Shown here piece by piece: positions 16,968-25,700 of a stretch of DNA of 32,000 bases. The notes below the pieces were generated by a model that was given only the letters and a program-made list of their open reading frames with translations, did no database searches and was not told where the DNA came from. The DNA comes from Halogeometricum borinquense DSM 11551. Its GTDB lineage: Archaea; Halobacteriota; Halobacteria; Halobacteriales; Haloferacaceae. The stretch spans positions 1 through 32,000 of the forward strand of contig NC_014731.1 of NCBI RefSeq assembly GCF_000172995.2, written 5' to 3'. The translations under genes and the position numbers were made by a program. Each line of letters starts with the position of its first letter. Positions within the stretch are counted from its first letter, which is position 1.

Positions 16968-17712
16968 GGCACTGTCTAGTTAGTGACCTCCTCAACCGGC
17001 GTACGTCCGTTGAGCGATTGATGCGGTCGTTGAAAGTTATAGTATTGCGCAAATTGTATGAACCACTCGCGGACGCTTCCGTGACTGCCCACCCACGAAT
17101 TATGGAAGCGGTCGACTCGCATTTTGAGGGTATGAAACCATTTTTCGATGAGGTTTCGCTCGACGTAGTCAAGCCGACCGCTCAATCCTAATCGAGAGAG
17201 GGCAGTCTGATAGCCATAGCCATCAACCAGAAACACAGCATCTGAGAGATCATGTTTCTCGGAAAGTCGATGGAGAAACGCAGCAGCCGGATCGGTACCA
17301 TGCCGTCCAAACAACTCGACATCGAGAATCAGCTTCGTCTCGATGTCTATTGCGGCGTACAACCAAGACCACTCACCGTTGATTTTGACAGCGGTCTCAT
17401 CAACCGCAACCCGCTTCGGCGTTGCCTCAGGCGGGTTGTGACCGCTGTCAGCCAGTCGATGTACCCACTGCCAAACAGCTTGATGAGAGCGTTCAACGCC
17501 GAGTATTCGAAGAATTTCTTTTGTCTCTCTAAGCGAACACCCGGTCGCGTGGAGCTGGACGGCGAACACCCTGACGGGTGTCGCCGTCCGCTCACGCTCC
17601 CAAGTTTCTTCATAATCCGTCTCAAAGCACTCGCTGAGCAGGTCTGCGAGCATCTTGACCAACTAACTCAACGACCTGCTCGTTCCTCAAACTGGCTTAA
17701 CTAGACAGTGCC
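16968..17712 (-). mobile_element. IS6-family insertion sequence (ISH-type), copy B, intact, with 8-bp target-site duplication
   Basis: 745 bp. The terminal inverted repeats are GGCACTGTCTAGTTA at 16968-16982 and its reverse complement at 17698-17712. It is flanked by a perfect direct repeat GCCTATTT, the 8-bp size typical of IS6. Confidence 0.92.
16976..17653 (-). CDS. IS6-family DDE transposase (intact)
   Basis: It carries VAVDETAVKINGEWSWLYAAID (first Asp region, a hallmark IS6 string), FLVDGYGY (second Asp) and ERNLIEKWFHTLKMR (Glu region). I prefer the ATG at 17653 (MLADLL); the track start at 17662 is a TTG three codons upstream. Confidence 0.9.
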   Translation of the reverse strand: MLADLLSECFETDYEETWERERTATPVRVFAVQLHATGCSLRETKEILRILGVERSHQAVWQWVHRLADSGHNPPEATPKRVAVDETAVKINGEWSWLYAAIDIETKLILDVELFGRHGTDPAAAFLHRLSEKHDLSDAVFLVDGYGYQTALSRLGLSGRLDYVERNLIEKWFHTLKMRVDRFHNSWVGSHGSVREWFIQFAQYYNFQRPHQSLNGRTPVEEVTN

Positions 17713-17720
17713 GCCTATTT
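17713..17720. repeat. Right 8-bp target-site duplication of IS6 copy B (GCCTATTT)
   Basis: Identical to 16960-16967 and immediately outside the right terminal repeat. Confidence 0.85.
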
Positions 17721-17897
17721 TCTTGCAACAAATGTTCGACATGCAAACGAACTATCACCGTGAGGATGCGAATCCGGGACGGTGCGTTTCGGAAAAACCC
17801 CTGCCCGAATGTATCGTTCGGGACCGAAAGCGTGCCGTGACACCGCGAAATCGGGCACCGTCTCGCGATCCGTCTCGGTGGGAGAATACGGGGCTTC

Positions 17898-18302
17898 TCA
17901 GAGGTTGCTTTCGAGCAACGAGACGATTGACTCCATCCGTTTGTCGACTTTGTCCATGTTGGTGCACGGTTCTTTGTCCACCGTGAGGACTCCATCTTCG
18001 TAGCTGATGTCACCGGTCATCCCTGCTTCGTTCTTGAACACGACCGACTCGAGGTCCGCCTGGAGGGCTTCCCGCCCCAGTTCGTCGCTACAGATCGCCT
18101 CGAAGGCATCGATTGTCGGCTGGAAGTACACTTTCGTCCATCCCTCGAACCAGAGATCTTCGTTGACTCTCTCGTCGATGAGTGATTCCCACTCGATATC
18201 GAGACCGACCTGGAAACCGGCTGCGTCGTCCATCGATTCCTTTAGGGACGGCATTTCATCCTCCTTGAACTCCTTTACTTTTCGCTTATCTCCTAGATCC
18301 AT
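17898..18302 (-). CDS. Acidic hypothetical protein (134 aa)
   Basis: ATG-initiated ORF with strongly acidic, haloarchaeal-type composition (EDEMPSLKESMDDAAGFQVGLDIEWESLIDERVNEDLWFEGW). No motif recognised. Confidence 0.6.
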   Translation of the reverse strand: MDLGDKRKVKEFKEDEMPSLKESMDDAAGFQVGLDIEWESLIDERVNEDLWFEGWTKVYFQPTIDAFEAICSDELGREALQADLESVVFKNEAGMTGDISYEDGVLTVDKEPCTNMDKVDKRMESIVSLLESNL

Positions 18303-18336
18303 TAATTTTTCACTCGGCTATAATATTTATCCTTAG

Positions 18337-18546
18337 TCATTTAACACTACTTATTCGAATCGTCCTTTCACCGCGAGACGCACCGCCTGACGACGGATTT
18401 GGGACACCTGTGTCGAAAGCTTCGCTATCGGGATAGACGTCAACCAGTGTTTCCAGGCGACCCAAGTACTCTTGCTGGTCCGGCTCGGGAACCGGATACG
18501 CCGACCACGGGTCAGCTGTCGGATACTTTTTGATCGGAAGAAACAT
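18337..18546 (-). CDS. 69-aa ORF carrying one copy of the xLxRLExLxxxYPD repeat motif
   Basis: MFLPIKKYPTADPWSAYPVPEPDQQEYLGRLETLVDVYPDSEAFDTG. The string YLGRLETLVDVYPDS matches the unit that repeats about 30 times in the divergent giant gene starting 10 nt away. It could be a real small paralogue or an inverted gene fragment. Confidence 0.35.
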   Translation of the reverse strand: MFLPIKKYPTADPWSAYPVPEPDQQEYLGRLETLVDVYPDSEAFDTGVPNPSSGGASRGERTIRISSVK

Positions 18547-18555
18547 CTTCAGAGT

Positions 18556-20139
18556 ATGAACGACGAGCCCTCCGGCGGAGACGACGTGACCACTGATGAG
18601 ACCGATTCCATCGTGGTCGAGACACTACTCGACGCGCTGAGCCCAGCCGAGGAACTCGGCGACGGAAGGGTCGATGAGGTCGACGACCGTCGGAGGCAGG
18701 CCGAGCAACTCGATGGACTCGTCGCCGAACGCTCACCTGACGAGGGACAGTCTCACCTCGTCGCCGTCGCATATACTGCGATGGTGGACGCTGTCGAGGC
18801 TGGTCGGTTCGAGCGTCTCGCCGTCCCCATCGACCGCCTCGCGACTCTCGTCGGAAGACACCCGTCGTCCGTGCATCTCCGAACGCTGCTGGCTAGGATT
18901 CTCGCCAAGGCAACGTGGGACGAGGGTGCGGCGGGACGGTTCGACGCGCAGGCGGCTCACCTGGGCCACCTCGAATCGCTGGCAGAGAGGGCGCCAGACG
19001 ACGAGGTCACGACTGCCCTCGCACGGGCACGCTTTTTCGCCGCATATCACACGGGGGCGGCCGAACGCTTCGACGAACTCGGGACGCATATCGACCGGCT
19101 CGACTGGCTGGTCGAGGACACAGACGACGTGGGGGTACGACAGGAGTTCGCCCAGGCGTTAGTCAACGCCATGATCGACGCGGGCAAGGCCGGTCGTCTC
19201 GACGCCCTCGACGATCGATTGAGCCGCCTCGATCTCCTAGTCGCCGAGTACCCACACTCACAACTCCAGGTGTCACTCGCGAATGCCCTTGCCATCACCA
19301 CGTTCCATTCCCTGGAGGCAGATCGCGTCGACGACTGTCAGACCCACCTCGACCGCCTCGACGACCTCGCCGCCAAGTACCCGAACACGGACGCCATCCA
19401 GGGCCACTGTACCAGCGCACACTGCCACGTGGTCACCTCCCAAGGCGACCAGCCTGTATGCGAGCGGTCCCTGGACCGTCTCGAAACGCTCGCGACGGAC
19501 AACCCCGACACAATCCCGGTCCAGCTCAGGGTATCCCAGGCCTTCCTCGGCGCGGCACTCGCCGGCCGAAAGCTCCCCGACGGGTTCCGACCCCGTCTCG
19601 AACGGCTCGATGTCCTCCTCAGTGCCGACGGTAACTCCGATACCGACTGGCAGCAGCGACTCGCTGAGACCATCGTTTCCACCGGCCTGGGGCCCGTGGA
19701 CAGCGCTCGACTCGGCGACAGCCTAGAGGCACTGCTCGACAGTCTAGACTCCCTCGTCGCGGACCACCCTGACGACGACCTGCTTCGTCTCGTGTTCGCC
19801 CGGGCGCTCCAGTGGACCACGGCTGCCAAGTGTAAGGCGGGACAGTTCAACGCAACGGAGGCGTCGATCGATCGTCTGGAGCGGCTGGCAACCGAGACAC
19901 CAGACTCCGACCCGGTCCGCCACGTGTTCGCCCGGACCAGCGTCAACGCAGGTATCGACGCGGCGAGGCCGGACGACTCGACATCCTCGAATCCCACATC
20001 CACCGGCTCGCGCGCCTGGTGGCTGACCATTCGGACCCGCACTTCCGTAGCGCCCTGGCGAAGGCCCACCCCGTCGCGACAGTACACCAAGGGCGGGCCG
20101 CCCGATTCGACCAGGTCAAGGCCCATCTCGACAGCCTAG
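18556..20139 (+). CDS. Giant 44-aa-repeat alpha-solenoid protein, 5' segment (frame ends after a 1-nt frameshift near 19962)
   Basis: The ATG at 18556 (MNDEPSGGDDVTTDE) has no signal peptide. About 11 units of the form HLDRLDxLAxxYPDxxxVQxxLAxALxNAxxxxGxAGRFDxxxx follow. After VNAGIDA (about 19962) the translation turns into Arg/Ser/Pro/Thr-rich junk, while the repeat continues in the frame of the next ORF. Confidence 0.75.
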   Translation: MNDEPSGGDDVTTDETDSIVVETLLDALSPAEELGDGRVDEVDDRRRQAEQLDGLVAERSPDEGQSHLVAVAYTAMVDAVEAGRFERLAVPIDRLATLVGRHPSSVHLRTLLARILAKATWDEGAAGRFDAQAAHLGHLESLAERAPDDEVTTALARARFFAAYHTGAAERFDELGTHIDRLDWLVEDTDDVGVRQEFAQALVNAMIDAGKAGRLDALDDRLSRLDLLVAEYPHSQLQVSLANALAITTFHSLEADRVDDCQTHLDRLDDLAAKYPNTDAIQGHCTSAHCHVVTSQGDQPVCERSLDRLETLATDNPDTIPVQLRVSQAFLGAALAGRKLPDGFRPRLERLDVLLSADGNSDTDWQQRLAETIVSTGLGPVDSARLGDSLEALLDSLDSLVADHPDDDLLRLVFARALQWTTAAKCKAGQFNATEASIDRLERLATETPDSDPVRHVFARTSVNAGIDAARPDDSTSSNPTSTGSRAWWLTIRTRTSVAPWRRPTPSRQYTKGGPPDSTRSRPISTA

Positions 20140-22682
20140 AAGCGCTGGCGGCAGACGCTCGCCACGAGGACGAAGTCCTGACCCACTACGCCAATGCCCT
20201 GGCGGACGCCGCCCAGTACGCGGACGACGCCGGTCACAGCGAGGGCTACTGGAGCCGGTTCGACCGATTCGAGGCCCTGGCTGCGGACGCTCCCGATAGC
20301 CGCGTCCCGTTCCACCTCTCCAATGCACTCTTCGACACCAGCAGGATCCTCCTCGATCCCGTCTTCGACGAGGAATCGGACGTCCAGGTCGATTTCGGGG
20401 TGATCGAGGCTTGTCTCGACCGGCTAGACCGGCTCACCGACGACCACCCCGAGGACACCGAGATACAACTGCAATTCGCGAGGGCACTCGCGAATCGCGT
20501 GTGTGCAGCCCCCTTCGCGGACGACGGGAGTCACCTCGGCGAGACGTCCGTCCGCTTCCACCTCGACCGTCTCGACGCCTTGGCGGCCAGGTATCCGGAC
20601 GCAACGTGGATCCAGTCCGAACTGGCCAGTGCCCTGTACAACGCGGCGGTTGCAGCGGCCGACGGTGATCACGTCGCGGACCGACGGTCCGCCCAAGCAC
20701 GTCTCGACGCCCTGGCTACCGACTACCCCGACACCGACGATGTACAACGCATGCTCGCGAAGACCCTCTCGCTGGCTACGTTCCACGACTCCGAGGCCGG
20801 TCAGTTCGAACGGGTCGAGACACACCTCGACCGTCTCGAAACCCTCGCGTTCGACCACCCGGCCGGCGACGCGTGTCAGTCCGAACTCGCCAGTGCCCTC
20901 GCAAACGTCGCTCCCTACCAGCGTCGGGATGGGTACGTCGACGACCTCGCGGCCCGGTTCGACCGATTCGAGACGGTGTCCATCGCCCATTCCGACGTGG
21001 GGATCGCCCGGTCCCTCGCGAAGGGGCTGGTGAGCACGGTCCGGTCGCTCGTCGTCCCGGTCTATATGGACGGCAGTGACAGACGACTGGAGTACGACAC
21101 CATCCAGCGGTACCTCGACCGGCTGGAGGGGCTCGCAGGTGAGTATCCTACAGACGAGGAGATTCATCGACGGCTCGCCGAAGGCCTCGTCACCGGCGTC
21201 ACTGCTGCGTCCCACCTCGCACACGACGGTCGTATCGAGTCCGACGAGCACGAACGCTACCTCGATCGCCTGTCGGAACTGGCGACCGAGTTCCCAACGG
21301 ACGACGGAATCACAGCGCAACTGGCGACGGCCCACCGCAGGGTCGCGCGGGACGCCGGGGGAGTCGGTACCTTCGAGACCCAACAGCGCCACCTCGACCG
21401 CCTCCACGAGTTGGCTTACGACCACCCACACAACGATGACGTGTTGTTCGAACTCGCCCAGGCGCTGGAGGACGTCGCGTCCGTCGACGGCGATCCCGAT
21501 GCGGTCGTCCCAGTGGATTGTGAGAGTTACTTCGACGTGGTCGAGGCCGCCGCTCTCGCGTACCCAGCAGACGTGAACGTCCTTTTTCAGATTTCTAGAG
21601 GCCTCGTCACCGCGGCGGCGTCCGAAGGGAACGCTGGTCGGTTCTCGGAGCTCCGTGCGTGTATCGACCAGCTTGAGGAAATGGTCACCGAGTACCCCCT
21701 CCAGAGCGAGATCCGTATCCAGCTGGCCGTCGCCCACTTCAACGCGACGGCGCCAGCCGGCAAAGCCGGTCGGTTTGACCAGGTCCACTCACACCTCGAC
21801 CGTCTGGAGACGCTGGCTGCCGAGTATCCCGACACCAGACGAGAGGTTCACGAGCGGCTGATTAAGGCTCTGTTCAACACCGCGAAATACCAGGGGCAAG
21901 CCGACCGGTTCGACGCCCTGACCGACACGATCGACCGGGCCGAGGAACTGGCCGCGACCTACCCATCCAGTGACGAGGTCCAGCGGACCTACGCCCTGAC
22001 CCGTTTCACCGCGGCCACGGCCGCGAGACGAGCCGACCGGTTCGAGGAGTGTCGGATCCACATCGACCGCCTGGACGACCTCGTGACCGACTATCCCCAC
22101 GTCCCCGAGATCAGACGCCGGTTCGCGAAGGCGCTCCACGGCATGATGGACGCGTTGTGGAGCGCCGACCGTGTCGATGAGGCACGGGCCACGATGGACC
22201 GCCTCCGATCGGCGGCAGCAGCGTTTCCGGCTGACGAGGAGCTGCAGTGTGTCTCCGCGCGAGCTCTGGTGAACCACTCACGGAATGCTGGTGCGGCGTG
22301 TCACCTTGACCTCCTCTCCGACCACCTCGACCAGCTGGTGACCCTCTACGAATCGTATCCCAGCGGGGAGACTGCCCTCCGCTTGGCCCAGGGACTGTTC
22401 AACACCGTCAGATATCGAGGGGAGGCCGGGCAGTTCGATGATCTCTTCCGGTCGCTCGACCGCCTCGACGACCTCGCCGCCAAGTACCCCGACGGTGACG
22501 TTCCCTACCTGTACGCCAAAACCCTCTCTATCGTCTCGAAATACCTAGGAGAAAACGGCCGGTCCGAGACGGCTGAGCAGTGTCTCGGCCGCATTGAGGC
22601 ACTGGCCGCGGCGCACCCGGCTGACGAGGTGATCCAGTCACGGCTGTCCGAGACACGCCAGCGAAACGCGGTTGAGGAATGA
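20019..22682 (+). CDS. Giant 44-aa-repeat alpha-solenoid protein, 3' segment (continuation of 18556-19962)
   Basis: About 19-20 further units are present (HLDRLETLAFDHPAGD, YLDRLEGLAGEYPTDE, HLDRLHELAYDHPHND, HLDRLETLAAEYPDTR, HIDRLDDLVTDYPHVP, SLDRLDDLAAKYPDGD). The frame is open upstream of the track's GTG start at least to 19920. From 19962 it reads GEAGRLDILESHIHRLARLVADHSDPH, completing the unit broken in the 5' segment. Confidence 0.8.
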   Translation: MADHSDPHFRSALAKAHPVATVHQGRAARFDQVKAHLDSLEALAADARHEDEVLTHYANALADAAQYADDAGHSEGYWSRFDRFEALAADAPDSRVPFHLSNALFDTSRILLDPVFDEESDVQVDFGVIEACLDRLDRLTDDHPEDTEIQLQFARALANRVCAAPFADDGSHLGETSVRFHLDRLDALAARYPDATWIQSELASALYNAAVAAADGDHVADRRSAQARLDALATDYPDTDDVQRMLAKTLSLATFHDSEAGQFERVETHLDRLETLAFDHPAGDACQSELASALANVAPYQRRDGYVDDLAARFDRFETVSIAHSDVGIARSLAKGLVSTVRSLVVPVYMDGSDRRLEYDTIQRYLDRLEGLAGEYPTDEEIHRRLAEGLVTGVTAASHLAHDGRIESDEHERYLDRLSELATEFPTDDGITAQLATAHRRVARDAGGVGTFETQQRHLDRLHELAYDHPHNDDVLFELAQALEDVASVDGDPDAVVPVDCESYFDVVEAAALAYPADVNVLFQISRGLVTAAASEGNAGRFSELRACIDQLEEMVTEYPLQSEIRIQLAVAHFNATAPAGKAGRFDQVHSHLDRLETLAAEYPDTRREVHERLIKALFNTAKYQGQADRFDALTDTIDRAEELAATYPSSDEVQRTYALTRFTAATAARRADRFEECRIHIDRLDDLVTDYPHVPEIRRRFAKALHGMMDALWSADRVDEARATMDRLRSAAAAFPADEELQCVSARALVNHSRNAGAACHLDLLSDHLDQLVTLYESYPSGETALRLAQGLFNTVRYRGEAGQFDDLFRSLDRLDDLAAKYPDGDVPYLYAKTLSIVSKYLGENGRSETAEQCLGRIEALAAAHPADEVIQSRLSETRQRNAVEE

Positions 22683-22737
22683 CCGTTTCCACGGCCGTTC
22701 CTCTCGTGTCGAAGGTGTCGGCGTTCGTGGAGACGGT

Positions 22738-25700
22738 CTAGTCGGCCGTCCCGTCGGATTCGAAGGCGGCCGCGGCGAGGTCGTCGCCCACGACTTCCCG
22801 AAGCCCGTGGTCGAGTCGAGCGACGTAGTCCGCGCTGACACGTGGGTTGGCAGTCGAGAGTTCGTCGGCCGACCGTCTGAACGTCCGTTTGAGCGTGTCG
22901 TCGGTCCGGACGATGCCAGCCTCAGCCGCAGTTTCGATGGACGCACGGACAGCGGCGACGTAGGCTTCGATCTGTTCGAACGGTTCGCCACCTTTCACCC
23001 CTTCCACGACGATGTCGGCGTACACTTCCTCCAGGAACCCGACAGGATCATCGACGCTCGCACTCGCGGCGAACGCGCGGAGTTCATTGTCGAGGCGTCG
23101 CCGCCACGTCGTCGTGTCGTCCTCGACCGCTTCGACCGTATCGACGTAGGCGCGCGTATACACGGACGCGACGAACTCGGCGGGGTCCTCGGGTACCGCT
23201 CGCGTTGCGGTCGCCTCGATTCGTTCGGTGACGACATCCAGCCACGTCTCCACGTTCGCGTGGTCGCTGTTGGTGCGGCCGACGACAGCGAGTGCCCGGG
23301 CATAGATCCGTTCGAAGATACCGGCCCGCTCGATGCCGACCCACTCGAAGTCGGCCCGTTCCTCGGCGGCGGTGAGGACCTCCGTAACGCCGAATCTGAC
23401 TTCCGCTGGTTCGGCTTCGACGGCGAGCGCGAGTGCGGTTCCGAAGACGGAGCTGACGTAGTTCACGGGATGTGGAGGGTTATCCGCCGCCGTTGCCCCG
23501 GTTTCGACCTGAGAGAGTACTGCCTGTACCAAACGGTCATGCGACCGGTTGCCGATATCGGCCCGCGTCACTACTGTTTGGAGGACCGCCGCATCCACTT
23601 CCGCGAAGGCGTCGAACCACTCCATCTTCGTCGGCCCGTCGATCTCCCAGCGGCACTCACGGAAGGACCTGGCGAGCGAGGTGATCCATTCCTGGGAGAC
23701 GCTCGCCTCCCCGTTTGCCGCCCAGTTCACTGCTGCATCGCCAAAAACGCCATCTAGGAACGCGACTGGGTCAGTGACCAAGTCGCCCGCGGCTGCCACC
23801 GTCTCGATGCGGTCGGTGAGCGCCTCGAACCAGACACGCTCCCGGCGTGGCGAGATTCCGGACGCCGAGTCGCGTACCCGCCGACGTGAACTCTTGGACG
23901 ATGAGTCGTCGTCGAATCCGTGTACGTGGGTTGACAGCGCCTCGCGGTAGACCGCCGTCAGGAATCGCTCTCGATGGGCTGTTTCTGTCGCCGCGCCCCG
24001 GGTTACGGACCTGTCGTACAGTTCGATCCAATCCTCGAACCGTGGCGAGTCCGAAAACGGAAGCGCGCCGATGCCGTAGGGGCCGTCGTTGACGCCGTCA
24101 GCGCTCTGCTCGACGCTGGCAAACGCCGCGAGGGCTGCCGCGTGGAGGTCAGCACGCACCGTCCACGCCTCGGCAGCGAAGTCCGACGCCGCGACGGTGT
24201 CGACGAGCCGGTCGCACGCACCGAATAACCGTTCCGCACGGTCGAAGTTGCGGGCTGCGACGACGCGCCGGACGGCCTGCCCGTAGACCTCGGCGACGAA
24301 CGCCACAGGGTCGTCGAGATCCGCGGTCGTCGCGGTTCGGCAGAGGTCCTCCCCGACCGCCACCAGCCAGGGCTCGATCCGTTCGTCAGGACATCCGTGT
24401 TCGAATACCCAGAAGCCGAGTGCGCCAGTGTAGGCGTGCCGGAGCAACTCCGCTCGATTGTCCTGGCGCTGTATGAACACGACCGAATCCCTGATCTGGG
24501 AGCCGAACGCGTCCACCCATGGCGAGAGATTGTCGGGAGAACACGCTGCGCCAGCCACGGCCCCGATTGTGGACGCGAAACTGTTCCCGATGACGAACGC
24601 TGCGAATCCCTCCTCGTTAGTTGCGGCCGCCTGTTGGACGAGTGCGGCGACCGGCGCGAACGCATCGTCGGCCGCCGTGGTGTCCGCAACAGTCTCGATG
24701 ATTCGCTCGGTCATCGCGCCGTAGACGCGACAGCGGAGCGTCAGTCCCGGTTCTTCGGAGATTTCCCCCGCATCGACCGTCCTGTGAAGGACTTGATCGA
24801 CACACGCGAGTGCGCCGTGATTCGGTCCCGAACCGTCTGTCGGCCACGCGAGCCGTGCCAGAGCGTTCGCGAATGCACCCACGAACGGTTCGTGGTCGCC
24901 GCCGACGGAGTCGCGTCCGGGCGGAGTCGCGGTCTCGTTCGTGAGAGCCACCGCACGGTCAGCAATGGCTTCGATCCACTCGTCAGTCGTGGGGTTCTCG
25001 CTCGCCACCGCTGCCATGGCAGTGCCGGAGACCGCTCCTCGGTACCTGATGGCCCCGTCGGTATCGCTTCGATTCAGCCCGACATCCCCAACGAGGTCGT
25101 CGAACAGTGCCAGCCACTGTTTTGCGGCACTCGGTCGCGCGGTCCGCGCGACAACAGCGACGGCGTCGGCGAGTACCCGACCCACGAACGCCGCGTCGAG
25201 ATCTTTGTCGGGCATGCCAGCGATTGCCGCCAATGTACTCTGGTCCGTGATTTTCTCCACGTCGAGCGTCAGACGGGACGGGTGTCGGGTGTCCGGCCAG
25301 TCCATCGCCGAAAGGAGGTCGTCGGCGACCGCTCGGGATGTCCGATCAGGTGCGACTGCGATATCGTCTAGCTCGAACTCGGTTCGGTCGCGCCAGGCGG
25401 CGACGTCGGCACAGCCGGTCCGGTCGGCGATGGCGTCGAACTGCTCGCGGAACTCGTCGTCACAGATGAGCAGTGCACCCGAACAGGTGCCGTCAGCGAC
25501 CCACTCGACCAGCGACCGAACCCCCGCATCACTCGTGATCCGTGCTGGCCCGGCACCGTAGGTTGCGACCACGACCGCGTCCGACGTGGCGTCGATGCCC
25601 ACTCTGATGTAGTCGGGGCGGCTGAGATCGGAGAGTCTGACCGTCGCCCCCCACGTCGTGAGTTCCGTGGCGACGTTCGCTGCAAGCCGTCGCTTCCCGC

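Noticed and set aside
14463-17712. Composite IS6 transposon carrying the 15207-16967 segment
   Set aside because: Copy B has its own perfect 8-bp target duplication, so it inserted independently. Copy A has a dead transposase and no matching outer flank. The cargo is gene debris rather than a coherent module.
20424-21788. 454-aa ORF antisense to the repeat gene, plus similar long ORFs at 19338-20126, 18915-19634, 21789-22277 and 20503-21033
   Set aside because: The translations are Arg/Gly/Val/Pro-rich with no periodicity or motif. They are fully overlapped by the plus-strand frame, which carries a clear 44-aa repeat. Long stop-free antisense frames of this kind are typical of GC-rich DNA.
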